A DNA stretch of 64,000 nt, taken from the NCBI GenBank assembly GCA_963662435.1, contig OY759598.1, positions 1,892,507 through 1,956,506 of the forward strand. Reading direction: 5' to 3'. Shown here in pieces: positions 49,027-58,885 of this stretch. Position numbers and translations under genes: made by a program. Position 1 is the first letter of the stretch. Every line of letters begins with the position of its first letter. The notes under the pieces were generated by a model. That model did no database searches. It saw only the letters and a list, made by a program, of their open reading frames with translations, and was not told the origin of the DNA. The DNA comes from Dehalococcoidia bacterium (GTDB taxonomy: Bacteria; Chloroflexota; Dehalococcoidia; Lucifugimonadales; VXLM01).

Positions 49027-51126
49027 ATGAACCCCATGGACGCACGCCTCCCCAACGCAATCCGCATTGTCCTCGTCCTGGTCATGGTCGCTCCCCTGAT
49101 CGTTATGACCGACCCCTTGCCCAAGGCCCTGTTCCCTTACGTGGTGGGAAAGGCGCTTTGGAGCCGGACCCTCATCGAGATCGCGTTCGGGCTGTGGATC
49201 GTCCTCGTACTGCGGGACTCATCGTACCGATTTCCGAAGTCGTGGACGCTGGCGGTGCTCGGCGTCTACGTCGCGATTGCACTATTGGCGACGGTCTTCT
49301 CCGTAAGTCCAACCCGAAGCCTGTGGTCGACCTTCGAGCGGATGCAGGGATGGGTGGACCTAGTCCACTGGTTCTCGTTCGTGGTCGTCCTCGTCTCGAC
49401 GCACAGGTCATGGGCCCACTGGCGAACATTGCTCAATTTCAGCCTCGGCGTGAGCATCGTCATTGGGCTGCTGGGACTCACCCAGTTCTTCGACATACAG
49501 CTTTTCGACTACCTGCAGTACAGGGACAGGCTGGACATCACCCTTGGCAACCCGACCTACGTGGGCGGGTACATGTTGGTGAGCTTCTTCATCGCGGCGG
49601 CATTCCTCGCGGAGTCGTTCCTCGACAGGTCGGCGGCAGAGACGAGAGGGCGGGCCGTAGATCGACGAAGGAGACGCCGCGCACAGCAGAGCGGAGGGCC
49701 AGCAGCGATTCCTGAAGAGCATCTCTGGCGGACATTCTGGATTGCCGCGCTCGTGCTCAGCCTTGTCATGGTCTTCCTGAGCGGCACCCGGAGCGCTGCG
49801 GCCGCCCTGACAGCAGGGGTACTCGCCTTCGGCATCGGATATGCCATTTGGGGTGGATCACTACCACTCCGTAGGGCGGCGATAGGAGTCACGGCCGTGA
49901 TGGTGGCGCTGGCATCGGTGGTCGTGGTGATCGTCCTCGTCCGTGCCGGCAGCGACACCGAGAGGATCGACGCGCCGGGAGCAATGATCGAGCGCCTCTT
50001 GAACACAGGCGTGCGTGACCGGTCGGTAGAAGGGCGGATCGCCGCCGCCCAGGTCGGCGTAGAGGCATTTCTGGACCGTCCGGTCCTCGGATGGGGTCCG
50101 GAGAACTACGCCGTTGGGTATGACCGCAACGTCGGGCCGGAGGTGTTCGCCAAGCGGACGATTTCGTTCGACCAGGCGCACAACAAGCTCATCGAAGAGC
50201 TTACGACAAAGGGACTGCTGGGGCTGCTGGGATACCTCGCCGTATGGGTGTCGATGGCGGTGGTCTTCTTCCGAAAGGCGCGACACCTGTCGCCAAGCAA
50301 GCAGGCATTCGCCTTTCTGCTGGGGGCGGCGCTGATCGTCTACTTTACCCAGAATCTCTTCCTGTTCGACACTCCGAGCACGGTGGCGCATCTCTATGTG
50401 TTGCTGGGGTTCGTGATCTTCCTCGAGGGAATGGTCCGGACAAGAAGCGGACCGGAGGCGGTGGAAGTGTCCATTTCCTCGGAGACGTCAGACCGCAGGC
50501 CCCTACTCCCTTCCCTGTCAGGCGATATGGCTCTTGGGGCGGCGGCGCTCGTCTTGGCAATTGGGACTATCGCGGCAATATTCCTGCTGAATGTAAGGCC
50601 GCTAGCAGCGACTTCACAGGGCGTGGACGCACTCAGCGATGGGCTTCCCTGGGAACAGCGATTTGAGGCCTTCGAAGACTCTGTCGGTGCTTTCCCCCCA
50701 CAGTCAAACTACCTTCGCACCACCATGTTTACGGCGTTCGCGACCCAGTGGATTACCCTGAGTGACAACCAGATGGATGCCGCCATTCAGCTTGTGTCGA
50801 AACATGGCCCGGAGGGTCGGAACATGGAGCCTGACGAATGGCGGCTGCTGAACGCCATGGCTGCCGCGTATCAGAGGGCCGTCGCCATGGATGAGAGGCA
50901 TCTCGTTCAGGCACGTGAACTCGTTGAAACGGCAGTCGAGCTTGCCCCGTCGAGGACCGAGGTCCGGCTGCTCCTTATTGTCCAAAGTCTCGTTGAGGGG
51001 GATAATCAAGAAGCCCTTCGCCTCATGGACGGCTACATGGCAGAGACGCCGGAAACGGCGCACCATTACGAGGACCTGCGCGGACAGGTGGTGAAGGAAA
51101 TCGAACGCCAGGAGAGTGGACAATGA
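49027..51126 (+). CDS. O-antigen ligase (Wzy_C) family membrane protein
   Basis: TLGNP, SGTRS, R..A, RPVLGWGPEN, DQAHN, GLLGL; many TMs. Confidence 0.85.
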   Translation: MNPMDARLPNAIRIVLVLVMVAPLIVMTDPLPKALFPYVVGKALWSRTLIEIAFGLWIVLVLRDSSYRFPKSWTLAVLGVYVAIALLATVFSVSPTRSLWSTFERMQGWVDLVHWFSFVVVLVSTHRSWAHWRTLLNFSLGVSIVIGLLGLTQFFDIQLFDYLQYRDRLDITLGNPTYVGGYMLVSFFIAAAFLAESFLDRSAAETRGRAVDRRRRRRAQQSGGPAAIPEEHLWRTFWIAALVLSLVMVFLSGTRSAAAALTAGVLAFGIGYAIWGGSLPLRRAAIGVTAVMVALASVVVVIVLVRAGSDTERIDAPGAMIERLLNTGVRDRSVEGRIAAAQVGVEAFLDRPVLGWGPENYAVGYDRNVGPEVFAKRTISFDQAHNKLIEELTTKGLLGLLGYLAVWVSMAVVFFRKARHLSPSKQAFAFLLGAALIVYFTQNLFLFDTPSTVAHLYVLLGFVIFLEGMVRTRSGPEAVEVSISSETSDRRPLLPSLSGDMALGAAALVLAIGTIAAIFLLNVRPLAATSQGVDALSDGLPWEQRFEAFEDSVGAFPPQSNYLRTTMFTAFATQWITLSDNQMDAAIQLVSKHGPEGRNMEPDEWRLLNAMAAAYQRAVAMDERHLVQARELVETAVELAPSRTEVRLLLIVQSLVEGDNQEALRLMDGYMAETPETAHHYEDLRGQVVKEIERQESGQ

Positions 51127-51154
51127 AGCGATGGATAGATTGAGAGGGGACAAT

Positions 51155-52645
51155 GTGACCGTCTATCCCATCATTCTCGCGGGCGGCTCGGGGACGCGTC
51201 TCTGGCCCCTGTCGCGCGAGTACTACCCGAAGCAATTCCTGCCGCTCATCAACGCCGGCTCCAGCATGCTGCAGGAGACGCTCGCCCGCCTGGCTATGAT
51301 CGAGGAGGCGGCGCCTCCCATTGTGGTGTGCAGCGAGCTGCATAGGTTCATTCTTGCCGACCAGTTGCGCGAGGCCGGAGTCGAGGCGACGAGCGTCATC
51401 GTTGAGCCGGCGGGCAGGAATACCGCGCCTGCCCTGACGCTTGGCGCGCTTAAGGCTCTGGACGTGGCGAACGACGGCGAGGACCCGATTCTCCTCGTCA
51501 CACACTCCGATCATCTGATCACGGAGCCAACGCGATTCCTCGAAGCATTCAAAGTAGGGTTGGCACTGGCGTCCGAGGGGAGTCTGGTGACGTTCGGAGT
51601 GCCGCCGACAGGACCTGAGACGGGCTATGGGTACATCGAGCGGGGCGGACCTCTCGCATCCATTGAAGGACAGGCGTACGCCATCAATTCATTCGTGGAA
51701 AAGCCCGATCTGCAGACCGCGACGGAGTTCTGCGCGTCGGGCAGGTACCTGTGGAACAGCGGCCTCTTCATGATGAGGTCATCGGCCTGGCTTGAGCGGC
51801 TTGAACAGCACCGACCGGATATAGTCGATGCCGTCCGTGAGGCGTATGAGAAGGGCAGCGACTTCTACGAGTACTTCAAGCCCGACGAGGACGCGTTTCT
51901 CATGTGTCCCAGCGACTCCATAGACTACGCCGTCATGGAGGGCGCGGGCTCTACCGTAGAGGGCGGCAGGGACGGAACGAAGGGGTATGCAGTAGTGCCG
52001 ATTGACGTGGGATGGTCGGATATCGGTTCATGGTCGACGCTGTGGGAGCAGCGTGAGCAGGATGACATGGGCAACGTCCTGCAGGGCGACGTGTTCACCG
52101 AAGCGACGAAGAACTCACTTATAGTCGGTGGTCACAGGCTCGTTGCGGCCATCGGTCTCGAAGACGTTGTGGTGATCGAGACTCCGGATGCCGTTCTGGT
52201 TGCGCACAAGGACAGGGTGCAGGACATCAAGGGGATAGTCGAACATCTGAGGGAACAGGGAAGGTCGGAGGCGGACATACACCGCAAGGTGCACCGTCCC
52301 TGGGGATCCTACGATGTACTGGATGCGGGCGAAGGGTTCCAGGTCAAGCGCCTGACGATATCCCCGGGTGCGTCGGTGTCCTTTCAATTCCATCGCCATC
52401 GAGCGGAGCATTGGATCGTCGTTCGCGGGACGGCCAAAGTTACCAAGGGTGGCGAAATCTTTCTGCTTGGCGAGAACGAGTCGGTCTCCATTCCTCAAGG
52501 CATGAGGCACCGGTTGGAAAACCCGGGAACGACGCCCTTGGAAGTAATCGAGGCCCAGATGGGCGAATATCTGGGAGAAGACGACATCATCAGGCTTGAA
52601 GACAACTACAACCGTGAGATTGAATCAGGAGAAGACTCTCAGTAG
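51155..52645 (+). CDS. manC: Mannose-1-phosphate guanylyltransferase/mannose-6-phosphate isomerase
   Basis: ILAGGSGTRLWPLSR..YPKQF, EP.GRNTAPA, FVEKP, SIDYAVME, RPWG, H.HRAEHW; start could also be 51116 or 51131. Confidence 0.95.
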   Translation: MTVYPIILAGGSGTRLWPLSREYYPKQFLPLINAGSSMLQETLARLAMIEEAAPPIVVCSELHRFILADQLREAGVEATSVIVEPAGRNTAPALTLGALKALDVANDGEDPILLVTHSDHLITEPTRFLEAFKVGLALASEGSLVTFGVPPTGPETGYGYIERGGPLASIEGQAYAINSFVEKPDLQTATEFCASGRYLWNSGLFMMRSSAWLERLEQHRPDIVDAVREAYEKGSDFYEYFKPDEDAFLMCPSDSIDYAVMEGAGSTVEGGRDGTKGYAVVPIDVGWSDIGSWSTLWEQREQDDMGNVLQGDVFTEATKNSLIVGGHRLVAAIGLEDVVVIETPDAVLVAHKDRVQDIKGIVEHLREQGRSEADIHRKVHRPWGSYDVLDAGEGFQVKRLTISPGASVSFQFHRHRAEHWIVVRGTAKVTKGGEIFLLGENESVSIPQGMRHRLENPGTTPLEVIEAQMGEYLGEDDIIRLEDNYNREIESGEDSQ

Positions 52646-52694
52646 GCGGTCAATGAGGTAGGAACGGCACTCCGCAGTAGAAGGAGAACACAAC

Positions 52695-53723
52695 ATGAAG
52701 GCAATGGTGTACCACGGGAATCAAGACCTCCGGCTGGAGAGCGTTCCCGATCCCAGTCCTGCCGAGGGCGAGGCGCTGCTGAAGGTCGATTACTGCGGGA
52801 TCTGTGCGACCGACATCGAGGAGTACGTGTACGGCCCGAAGTTCATCGCCAAGGGCAAGATGCCCATCATTACGGGTCACGAGGTAACAGCGACGGTGGT
52901 GGAGCCTTCCGCCGGGAGCGACGGGCTGAGTCCTGGAACTCGCGTGGCGCTGAACACCGTATTGACCTGCGGTACGTGCTTCTGGTGCAAGAAGGGCGAC
53001 ACGCCCCAGTGCGAGCAGTTCACGGTCGTGGGGTTCGACCGGGACGGCGGACTGGCTGAGTACCTGGCCTGGCCCGCGAATGAGCTCATTCCCCTGCCCG
53101 ACAGCGTGCCAAGCGAGGCAGCGGCGCTGATCGAGCCTTCGAGTGTGGCGCACCACTGCGTGCAGCGTGGAAACATTCAGCCGGGCGAGACTGTTGCCGT
53201 CGTGGGAGCAGGCACGGTCGGCACGCTCGCCATGCAGATCGCCAAGGCCCTGGGAGCGAGGGTCTTCGTGGTGGACGTCAAGCAGATGAGCCTCGATCTC
53301 GCGAGCGAGCTTGGGGCGGAAGTCGCAATCAACGCGGCTGAAGAGGACGCGCATAGCGTACTCACTAGCCTCACCGATGGGCGCGGCCCTGACGTGGTGA
53401 TAGACGCCGCCGGAGCGCCGAATACTCCCGCCGACTGCGTGCGGTACGTTCGAAGAGGGGGCCGTGTGGTGCTGGTGGCAATCTACACGTCCACGCCGGA
53501 GTTCGACTTCAATACGATTGTGGCGAATGAGAATACCGTCATAGGGACGATTGCCTACGGACGCTCAGACGTCCAGGCATCCGTCGACCTCATCGCGTCG
53601 GGGAAGCTGAAGACAACGCCCCTGATAACCGACCGGATAAGTCTCGATGAGGTTATCGACGTGGGCTTCCCTCGGATGTTGGCGCCGACGAAGGACGTAT
53701 TCAGGATACTCGTGAAGCCCTAG
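52695..53723 (+). CDS. Zn-dependent (butanediol dehydrogenase-like) alcohol dehydrogenase
   Basis: CGICATD, GHE, CxxCxxC..C, GAGTVG. Confidence 0.92.
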   Translation: MKAMVYHGNQDLRLESVPDPSPAEGEALLKVDYCGICATDIEEYVYGPKFIAKGKMPIITGHEVTATVVEPSAGSDGLSPGTRVALNTVLTCGTCFWCKKGDTPQCEQFTVVGFDRDGGLAEYLAWPANELIPLPDSVPSEAAALIEPSSVAHHCVQRGNIQPGETVAVVGAGTVGTLAMQIAKALGARVFVVDVKQMSLDLASELGAEVAINAAEEDAHSVLTSLTDGRGPDVVIDAAGAPNTPADCVRYVRRGGRVVLVAIYTSTPEFDFNTIVANENTVIGTIAYGRSDVQASVDLIASGKLKTTPLITDRISLDEVIDVGFPRMLAPTKDVFRILVKP

Positions 53724-54535
53724 CCGCCGATGAACCCGTACTTCTGGAGGGTCGCGATCCACTTGGCGCGCTCCGGGTTGCTGTCGGGGTTGTTCAGCCA
53801 GAACGGGTCACGCACCAGGAGGGGGAAGACGTCCCTGATCTTCGCTTCGGCTTCCACCTGCTGCCGAACGGAATCCTCCTGCTCCGGCGTCTTGGGAGCG
53901 GCAAAGTAGCCCATGGTGATGAGGCGTCGGTCCTCGCCGCCCCCATAGCTCCCATGCCACGCGTAGTTGTCGAAGATCAGGACGTCGCCACACTCGACCG
54001 CGGCGATATGCGAGGGAACCTGGTCAACGCTGAGGCCGTCCTCCTGCAGGTTGGTGCCGGAATGTGCAAAACCTTCCTTGAGCGGGATGCGCTTGAACTC
54101 GGAGTGCATGGGTTCCCTGTGCGAACCGGGGATGAGCCTCAGCGCCCCGTTGGTCCCGTCGAGCGACTGCAGGTAGATGCCGAACTTCAGGCCGCGCCAG
54201 TACTTCTGCGAGGTGTCCGGATGCCAGTCGGTGCGGTCTCCCGAAAAGGAGTTGGAGGCCGAGAAGGAAGCGACCACGTCCTCGCCGAGAAGCTGCTTGA
54301 CCTTGTCGAGGAAGCGCGGCTGTTCGAGCATCGAAGCGGTGTACGACGTGTCGGGCTTGAAGTTCCACCAGTTCAGCTGCTTGCGGAAGCTAGCGCGCTC
54401 CATCGTCGCCTCCGCACGTTCCAGGGCCGAGTCGAACTCGGCGTTCAGAGTGTCAATGTCGTGCTGGGTGAGGAATCCGCGCAGGACGACGAATCCGAAT
54501 ACCTCGTACTGCGTGATCTCAAGCTCGGTAAGCAT
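53720..54535 (-). CDS. Phytanoyl-CoA dioxygenase family protein
   Basis: WHPD, NGALRLIPGSH, GDVLIFD...WHG. Confidence 0.88.
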   Translation of the reverse strand: MLTELEITQYEVFGFVVLRGFLTQHDIDTLNAEFDSALERAEATMERASFRKQLNWWNFKPDTSYTASMLEQPRFLDKVKQLLGEDVVASFSASNSFSGDRTDWHPDTSQKYWRGLKFGIYLQSLDGTNGALRLIPGSHREPMHSEFKRIPLKEGFAHSGTNLQEDGLSVDQVPSHIAAVECGDVLIFDNYAWHGSYGGGEDRRLITMGYFAAPKTPEQEDSVRQQVEAEAKIRDVFPLLVRDPFWLNNPDSNPERAKWIATLQKYGFIGG

Positions 54536-54701
54536 GGGACAGGTCCCCCTATCTTGGTGGGCGGTATTGTAGCAGGGCGTGGAGAATCGCCACAGGGAGC
54601 TCAGAGGTTGAAGGTTGGCAACGGGCTATTGCCGTTGGGCTGCCTTGACATCAACCGCCGCCCTTCATAGACTCCGAGCGAATCCGAAAGGGGCATTTGA
54701 C

Positions 54702-55784
54702 ATGACACACTACCAGCTTGAGCGCAACTATGGCTGCCGGATATCGGACGCCTGGACATTTCGGGGACTGAAGACGGCGGTCTTGGAGAACGACCTGCTG
54801 CGCATCGTCATTCTCATCGACAAGGGCGCCGACGTCTACGAGTTCGTCCACAAGCCGACCGACGTGGACTTCATGCATCGCGACCCGCACGGCGTTCGCG
54901 ATCCGAGGACGTTCACGCCCACCACGGGCGAGAACGTGGGAACGTGGATGGACTTCTACGAGGGCGGGTGGCAGACGGTCTTCCCCGGTGGCGGCTTCCC
55001 GTCGCAGTACCAAGGGGCCGACATGGGCCTCCACGCCGAGGCCAACATGGTGCCTTGGGACGCGGCTATCGTCGAGGACACGCCGGAGCGAGTCGCAATC
55101 AAGTGCTGGGTGCGTACGGCGAGGACGCCCTACTACTTCGAGAAGACGTTGGCCCTCAACGCCGGGTCTCCCGTACTCGAGTTGGAACAGACGCTGACGA
55201 ATGAGGGCGAAGAGGTCGCCCACTGCGTCTGGGGAGAGCACATCGCCCTTGGACCTCCTTTTCTCAGCCCGGATTGCGTGATCGACCTGCCGGGCGGCAC
55301 GCTCATCAACCACGACGACCAGCACCACCCGAACGCGAAGCTGAAGCTCGGCGCGCGCACTCCATGGCCGATGACCGAAGATCAGGAGGGCAACCCCATC
55401 GATGCCAGCAGGATCGCACCGAAGGAAGCGCGTCGGTACGACATGTCGTACATCGCCGACATGCCGGAGGGCTGGTACGCCATCACCAATCAGAAGATGG
55501 GAGTGGGCCTCGGAGTTCACTGGCCCACGGATGTATACAAGTTCCTCTGGTTCTGGCAGTCGTACGGCGGAGGGTACGGCTACCCCTGGTGGGGGCGGAC
55601 GTACAACGTCGGACTTGAGCCCTTCTCAAGCTGGACGAACCAGGGCATCGCCGACGCCATGTCCAACGGCACCGTCATGGAGCTGCAGGCCGGCGAGAAG
55701 GTCTCGTCGTCAGTGAGAGTCGTCGCCTACACGGGCTCGGAGCGGGTCAAGCGGATTACCGAGAACGGCGAGGTCGTCAGGTAG
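54702..55784 (+). CDS. DUF4432/aldose-1-epimerase-like protein
   Basis: LENDLLR, KGAD, YEGGWQ..FP, H.E, WGEH, GLEPFS. Confidence 0.75.
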   Translation: MTHYQLERNYGCRISDAWTFRGLKTAVLENDLLRIVILIDKGADVYEFVHKPTDVDFMHRDPHGVRDPRTFTPTTGENVGTWMDFYEGGWQTVFPGGGFPSQYQGADMGLHAEANMVPWDAAIVEDTPERVAIKCWVRTARTPYYFEKTLALNAGSPVLELEQTLTNEGEEVAHCVWGEHIALGPPFLSPDCVIDLPGGTLINHDDQHHPNAKLKLGARTPWPMTEDQEGNPIDASRIAPKEARRYDMSYIADMPEGWYAITNQKMGVGLGVHWPTDVYKFLWFWQSYGGGYGYPWWGRTYNVGLEPFSSWTNQGIADAMSNGTVMELQAGEKVSSSVRVVAYTGSERVKRITENGEVVR

Positions 55785-56249
55785 GGCTGTCTCCCACGTC
55801 CACCGCCTAAACTAAGGGTTTTCGCCCATCAACTGCATGGAAACGACCCTGAGACGATGTTTGGCAATAGCAAGCACTTTCACCAACGAAGTGCGTTGTG
55901 ATTGCCCGGTGTCTAGCTCCTCTACATGCGGCTCGTGCGGAATAGGTGGGGAATTGGGGGTCTACAGTCCTGTTTCAGAGATTCACCGAACAAATCCGCC
56001 CGCGAGTATCCCCTCTCCCGTTCGCGGGAGAGGGCTAGGGTGAGGGTGACTTTCCCCGAATCACGCCCATTCGCTTTGTACAATGAACTTCAGAGTTAGG
56101 ACGCTACCACTCCGCTCCTAGTCTTATTTCAGAGTAGCGACGAAAAGAGTTGCTGCCGTCTATTTTCAGGGTAAGGCCGGAGGGAGCGGACTACACGCGT
56201 AGAGAGCGGCTGGCGATGCATAACGTAGATTTGCGAGAGGAGGTAGGAG

Positions 56250-57368
56250 ATGATCCCTGAATTGGTAACAGGTGATTTCGGTCACGGTCATCTTGGCGTT
56301 TTCGGCGTAGCCGCATTGACGCTCATCGTTGCCATAATTACTCACCTCGCGTTCCCCATTCTGATCAAAATCAGCCAAAGAAACGGTCGAGACGCGCTGG
56401 ACACGAAGATACTGGAGGTATCCAGAGGTCCGGTTGTCTTGTTCCTTATTACGTTGGGCGTATTTCTTTCATATTTTCTGATGACCAAGCTGACCCATCC
56501 ATCGTTCGACTTCTTTGATGGGCATGGTACCTGGGCGACAAGGGTGTGGCTGGTGATCACGATAATAGAGGTCAGCTATCTGAGCTCCCAAATCATCCAG
56601 ACGCTCCTGGCGTGGTACGTAGAACGCCTGCCGGAGGGGACGTCAAGTGACCTGAATAACAAACTGTTGGCTCAGGCGCGCTGGTTCACGCCGCTCATCA
56701 TTTACACCCTCGGTGCGCTAATGGCGCTGGACACTATGGGGGTCGCCGTCACCCCCCTCATGGCCGGTCTGGGGATTGGCGGCATTGCGGCCGCGCTCGC
56801 CCTGCAGCCTACGCTGAGCAACGTTTTTTCGGGGGCATTCATGCTGACGGAGGGCGAGTTGCACCAGGGCGATTTCATCGAACTTGAGGGCGGACCTTCC
56901 GGGTTCGTCGTTGAAGTTAGCTGGCGCAGCACGAAGATCAGGGATAGATTCAACAACCTGATAATGATTCCCAATTCCAAGATGATGGAAAGTGTGATGA
57001 CCAACTACTACAGCGATTCAAGGGTTATGTCGGTCATCGTGGAGTGTGGGGTCAGCTACGATTCGGATCTGGAGAAAGTCGAGGAAGTGGCGCTGGAAGT
57101 GGCGTCCGGGGTGCGAGAGGACGTTGACGTCGCGATTGACGACTTCGACCCTGTAGTGAGATTCACCGCGTTTGGAGAGTCCAACATCGACTTCATAGTT
57201 TCAATGCAGGCCGAAGACAGATTGGGAACGTTCATCGTAAAGCACGAACTGATAAAGCGACTGCGTACTAGATTCGACTGCGAGGGCATCGAGGTAAACT
57301 ACCCTGTCCGCAAGCTGCTGGTGCCGCAGTCACAGAGCTTGGAAAAGGTCATACAAGAGGACGACTAA
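56250..57368 (+). CDS. mscS: Small-conductance mechanosensitive channel
   Basis: GIGGIAAALALQ.TLSN..SG, GD.IE, G.V.EV.WRST, IPNS, GVSYDSD. Confidence 0.92.
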   Translation: MIPELVTGDFGHGHLGVFGVAALTLIVAIITHLAFPILIKISQRNGRDALDTKILEVSRGPVVLFLITLGVFLSYFLMTKLTHPSFDFFDGHGTWATRVWLVITIIEVSYLSSQIIQTLLAWYVERLPEGTSSDLNNKLLAQARWFTPLIIYTLGALMALDTMGVAVTPLMAGLGIGGIAAALALQPTLSNVFSGAFMLTEGELHQGDFIELEGGPSGFVVEVSWRSTKIRDRFNNLIMIPNSKMMESVMTNYYSDSRVMSVIVECGVSYDSDLEKVEEVALEVASGVREDVDVAIDDFDPVVRFTAFGESNIDFIVSMQAEDRLGTFIVKHELIKRLRTRFDCEGIEVNYPVRKLLVPQSQSLEKVIQEDD

Positions 57369-57523
57369 ATTGTGTTGATATTCTTGTAAGTCTCCCCGTT
57401 GTTCCTGCTAAAGCGCTCATTTCCGCTTTGGCGGGAATGACGGAAAATGCCAACACTGCCTAGACAGCGCCCCACGAACAGCGTCTATCGGACACGTACC
57501 CTATCGTGGGCGTGGCCGCGGCC

Positions 57524-58654
57524 TCACCACTGGACGAAGATCGGCATCACCACGTGGACGTAGTTGTCGTCGCCGACCGGCTTGATGACTCCAGGACTGG
57601 ACGGGGTCGTCGTCTCCAGAGCCACCTTGTCGGTCTCCAGAACGTTGAGCACGTCGGTGAGATACTTGCTGCTAAAGGCAATCTTGGCCTCGCCGCCTTC
57701 GACCTCGGCGGCGACCTCGCCCTCGTTCTCGCCCACCTCTTCCGACTTCGACTGCACCATCATCTTGGTCTCATCGCCGCCATCGGCATCCACCATGAGA
57801 CGCACGATGTTGCTCCCCTCGCGCGCGAAGATGGACGCGGCGCGGGTGGCCCGAATGAACTCCTCGCGATTGACGGTGGCGCGGGTGTCATAGCTGTCTG
57901 GAACGAGCTGCTGGTAATTCGGGAACGTACCCTGCAGCAGATTCGCCACGACTTCGATGTTGTTGAGCCGGAATAGCGCCTGGTTCTTCGAAGCGGTTAC
58001 GGTGAACTCCACGGGGTCAGACTGTCCACCGGTGAGTCGCGACACTTCGTTGAGGGCGCGGGCCGGGATGATGAAATCGACATCCTCCGGCAGGGCTTCG
58101 AGAAGCTTGCCCTTGTAGACGGCTAGACGGAAACCGTCAGCGGCGGCAAGGGTGAAATCGTCGCCCGTTATCTCCACCTTGATGCCGGTTAGCACTGGCC
58201 GCGAGTCCTCAGTTGCCGCTGCGATGGTGACGTGCTTGATCGCGTCGTTCAGCACGTTTGGAGCAATCTGACCCGCTACACCCGACTCCACCGTGGGAAC
58301 GGGAGGGAAATCGGCCGCGGGCGTGCCGTTGATCTGGGCCGAGAAGCGAGCGCACTTTATCGATATGCCCACGGGCTGCTCGGTGTAATCGAGGTCGATG
58401 CGTTCTGCCGGAAGGGAGTTGACGAACTCAGTGAGCAGTCGCGCGGGAATGGTAACCTGCCCCTCTTCCTCGATCTGGGCTCCTATCCACGTGCTGATGG
58501 CGATTTCCTGGTTGGTGGCCGCCAGCTTGAGCCGCGCGTTATCCGTAGTAATCAATACGTTCTGCATGACCGGATAGGTTGTCCGGGCCGCTACTGCGCT
58601 GCCAACTATTCCAAGGCCACGGCTAAGGTTCTCTTGCAGGCACGAAAGACGCAT
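57524..58654 (-). CDS. dnaN: DNA polymerase III beta clamp
   Basis: LAATNQE, IPAR, DFP, RPVLTG, AADGFRLA, GTFPNYQ, VVMP. Confidence 0.96.
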   Translation of the reverse strand: MRLSCLQENLSRGLGIVGSAVAARTTYPVMQNVLITTDNARLKLAATNQEIAISTWIGAQIEEEGQVTIPARLLTEFVNSLPAERIDLDYTEQPVGISIKCARFSAQINGTPAADFPPVPTVESGVAGQIAPNVLNDAIKHVTIAAATEDSRPVLTGIKVEITGDDFTLAAADGFRLAVYKGKLLEALPEDVDFIIPARALNEVSRLTGGQSDPVEFTVTASKNQALFRLNNIEVVANLLQGTFPNYQQLVPDSYDTRATVNREEFIRATRAASIFAREGSNIVRLMVDADGGDETKMMVQSKSEEVGENEGEVAAEVEGGEAKIAFSSKYLTDVLNVLETDKVALETTTPSSPGVIKPVGDDNYVHVVMPIFVQW

Positions 58655-58885
58655 TTTCCCATGCTCCATTTAGTCAAAGTCGTCCGGTAGTATAGAGCGG
58701 CGGGCAAGGTGCAGTCAACGGGGAGCGGCGCTGAAACTCCGGAGACAAGCCTGCGCGAATATCAGCGAAAGCGGGTTCTACGATATTCACCGAAAACGCG
58801 TATGCCACTGGGGTTTTTGATAATATACTCCGAGCGAGCGACAGGGATGGCCCTGCACCATATCAAAGGATGGAAGTCCAGCACT

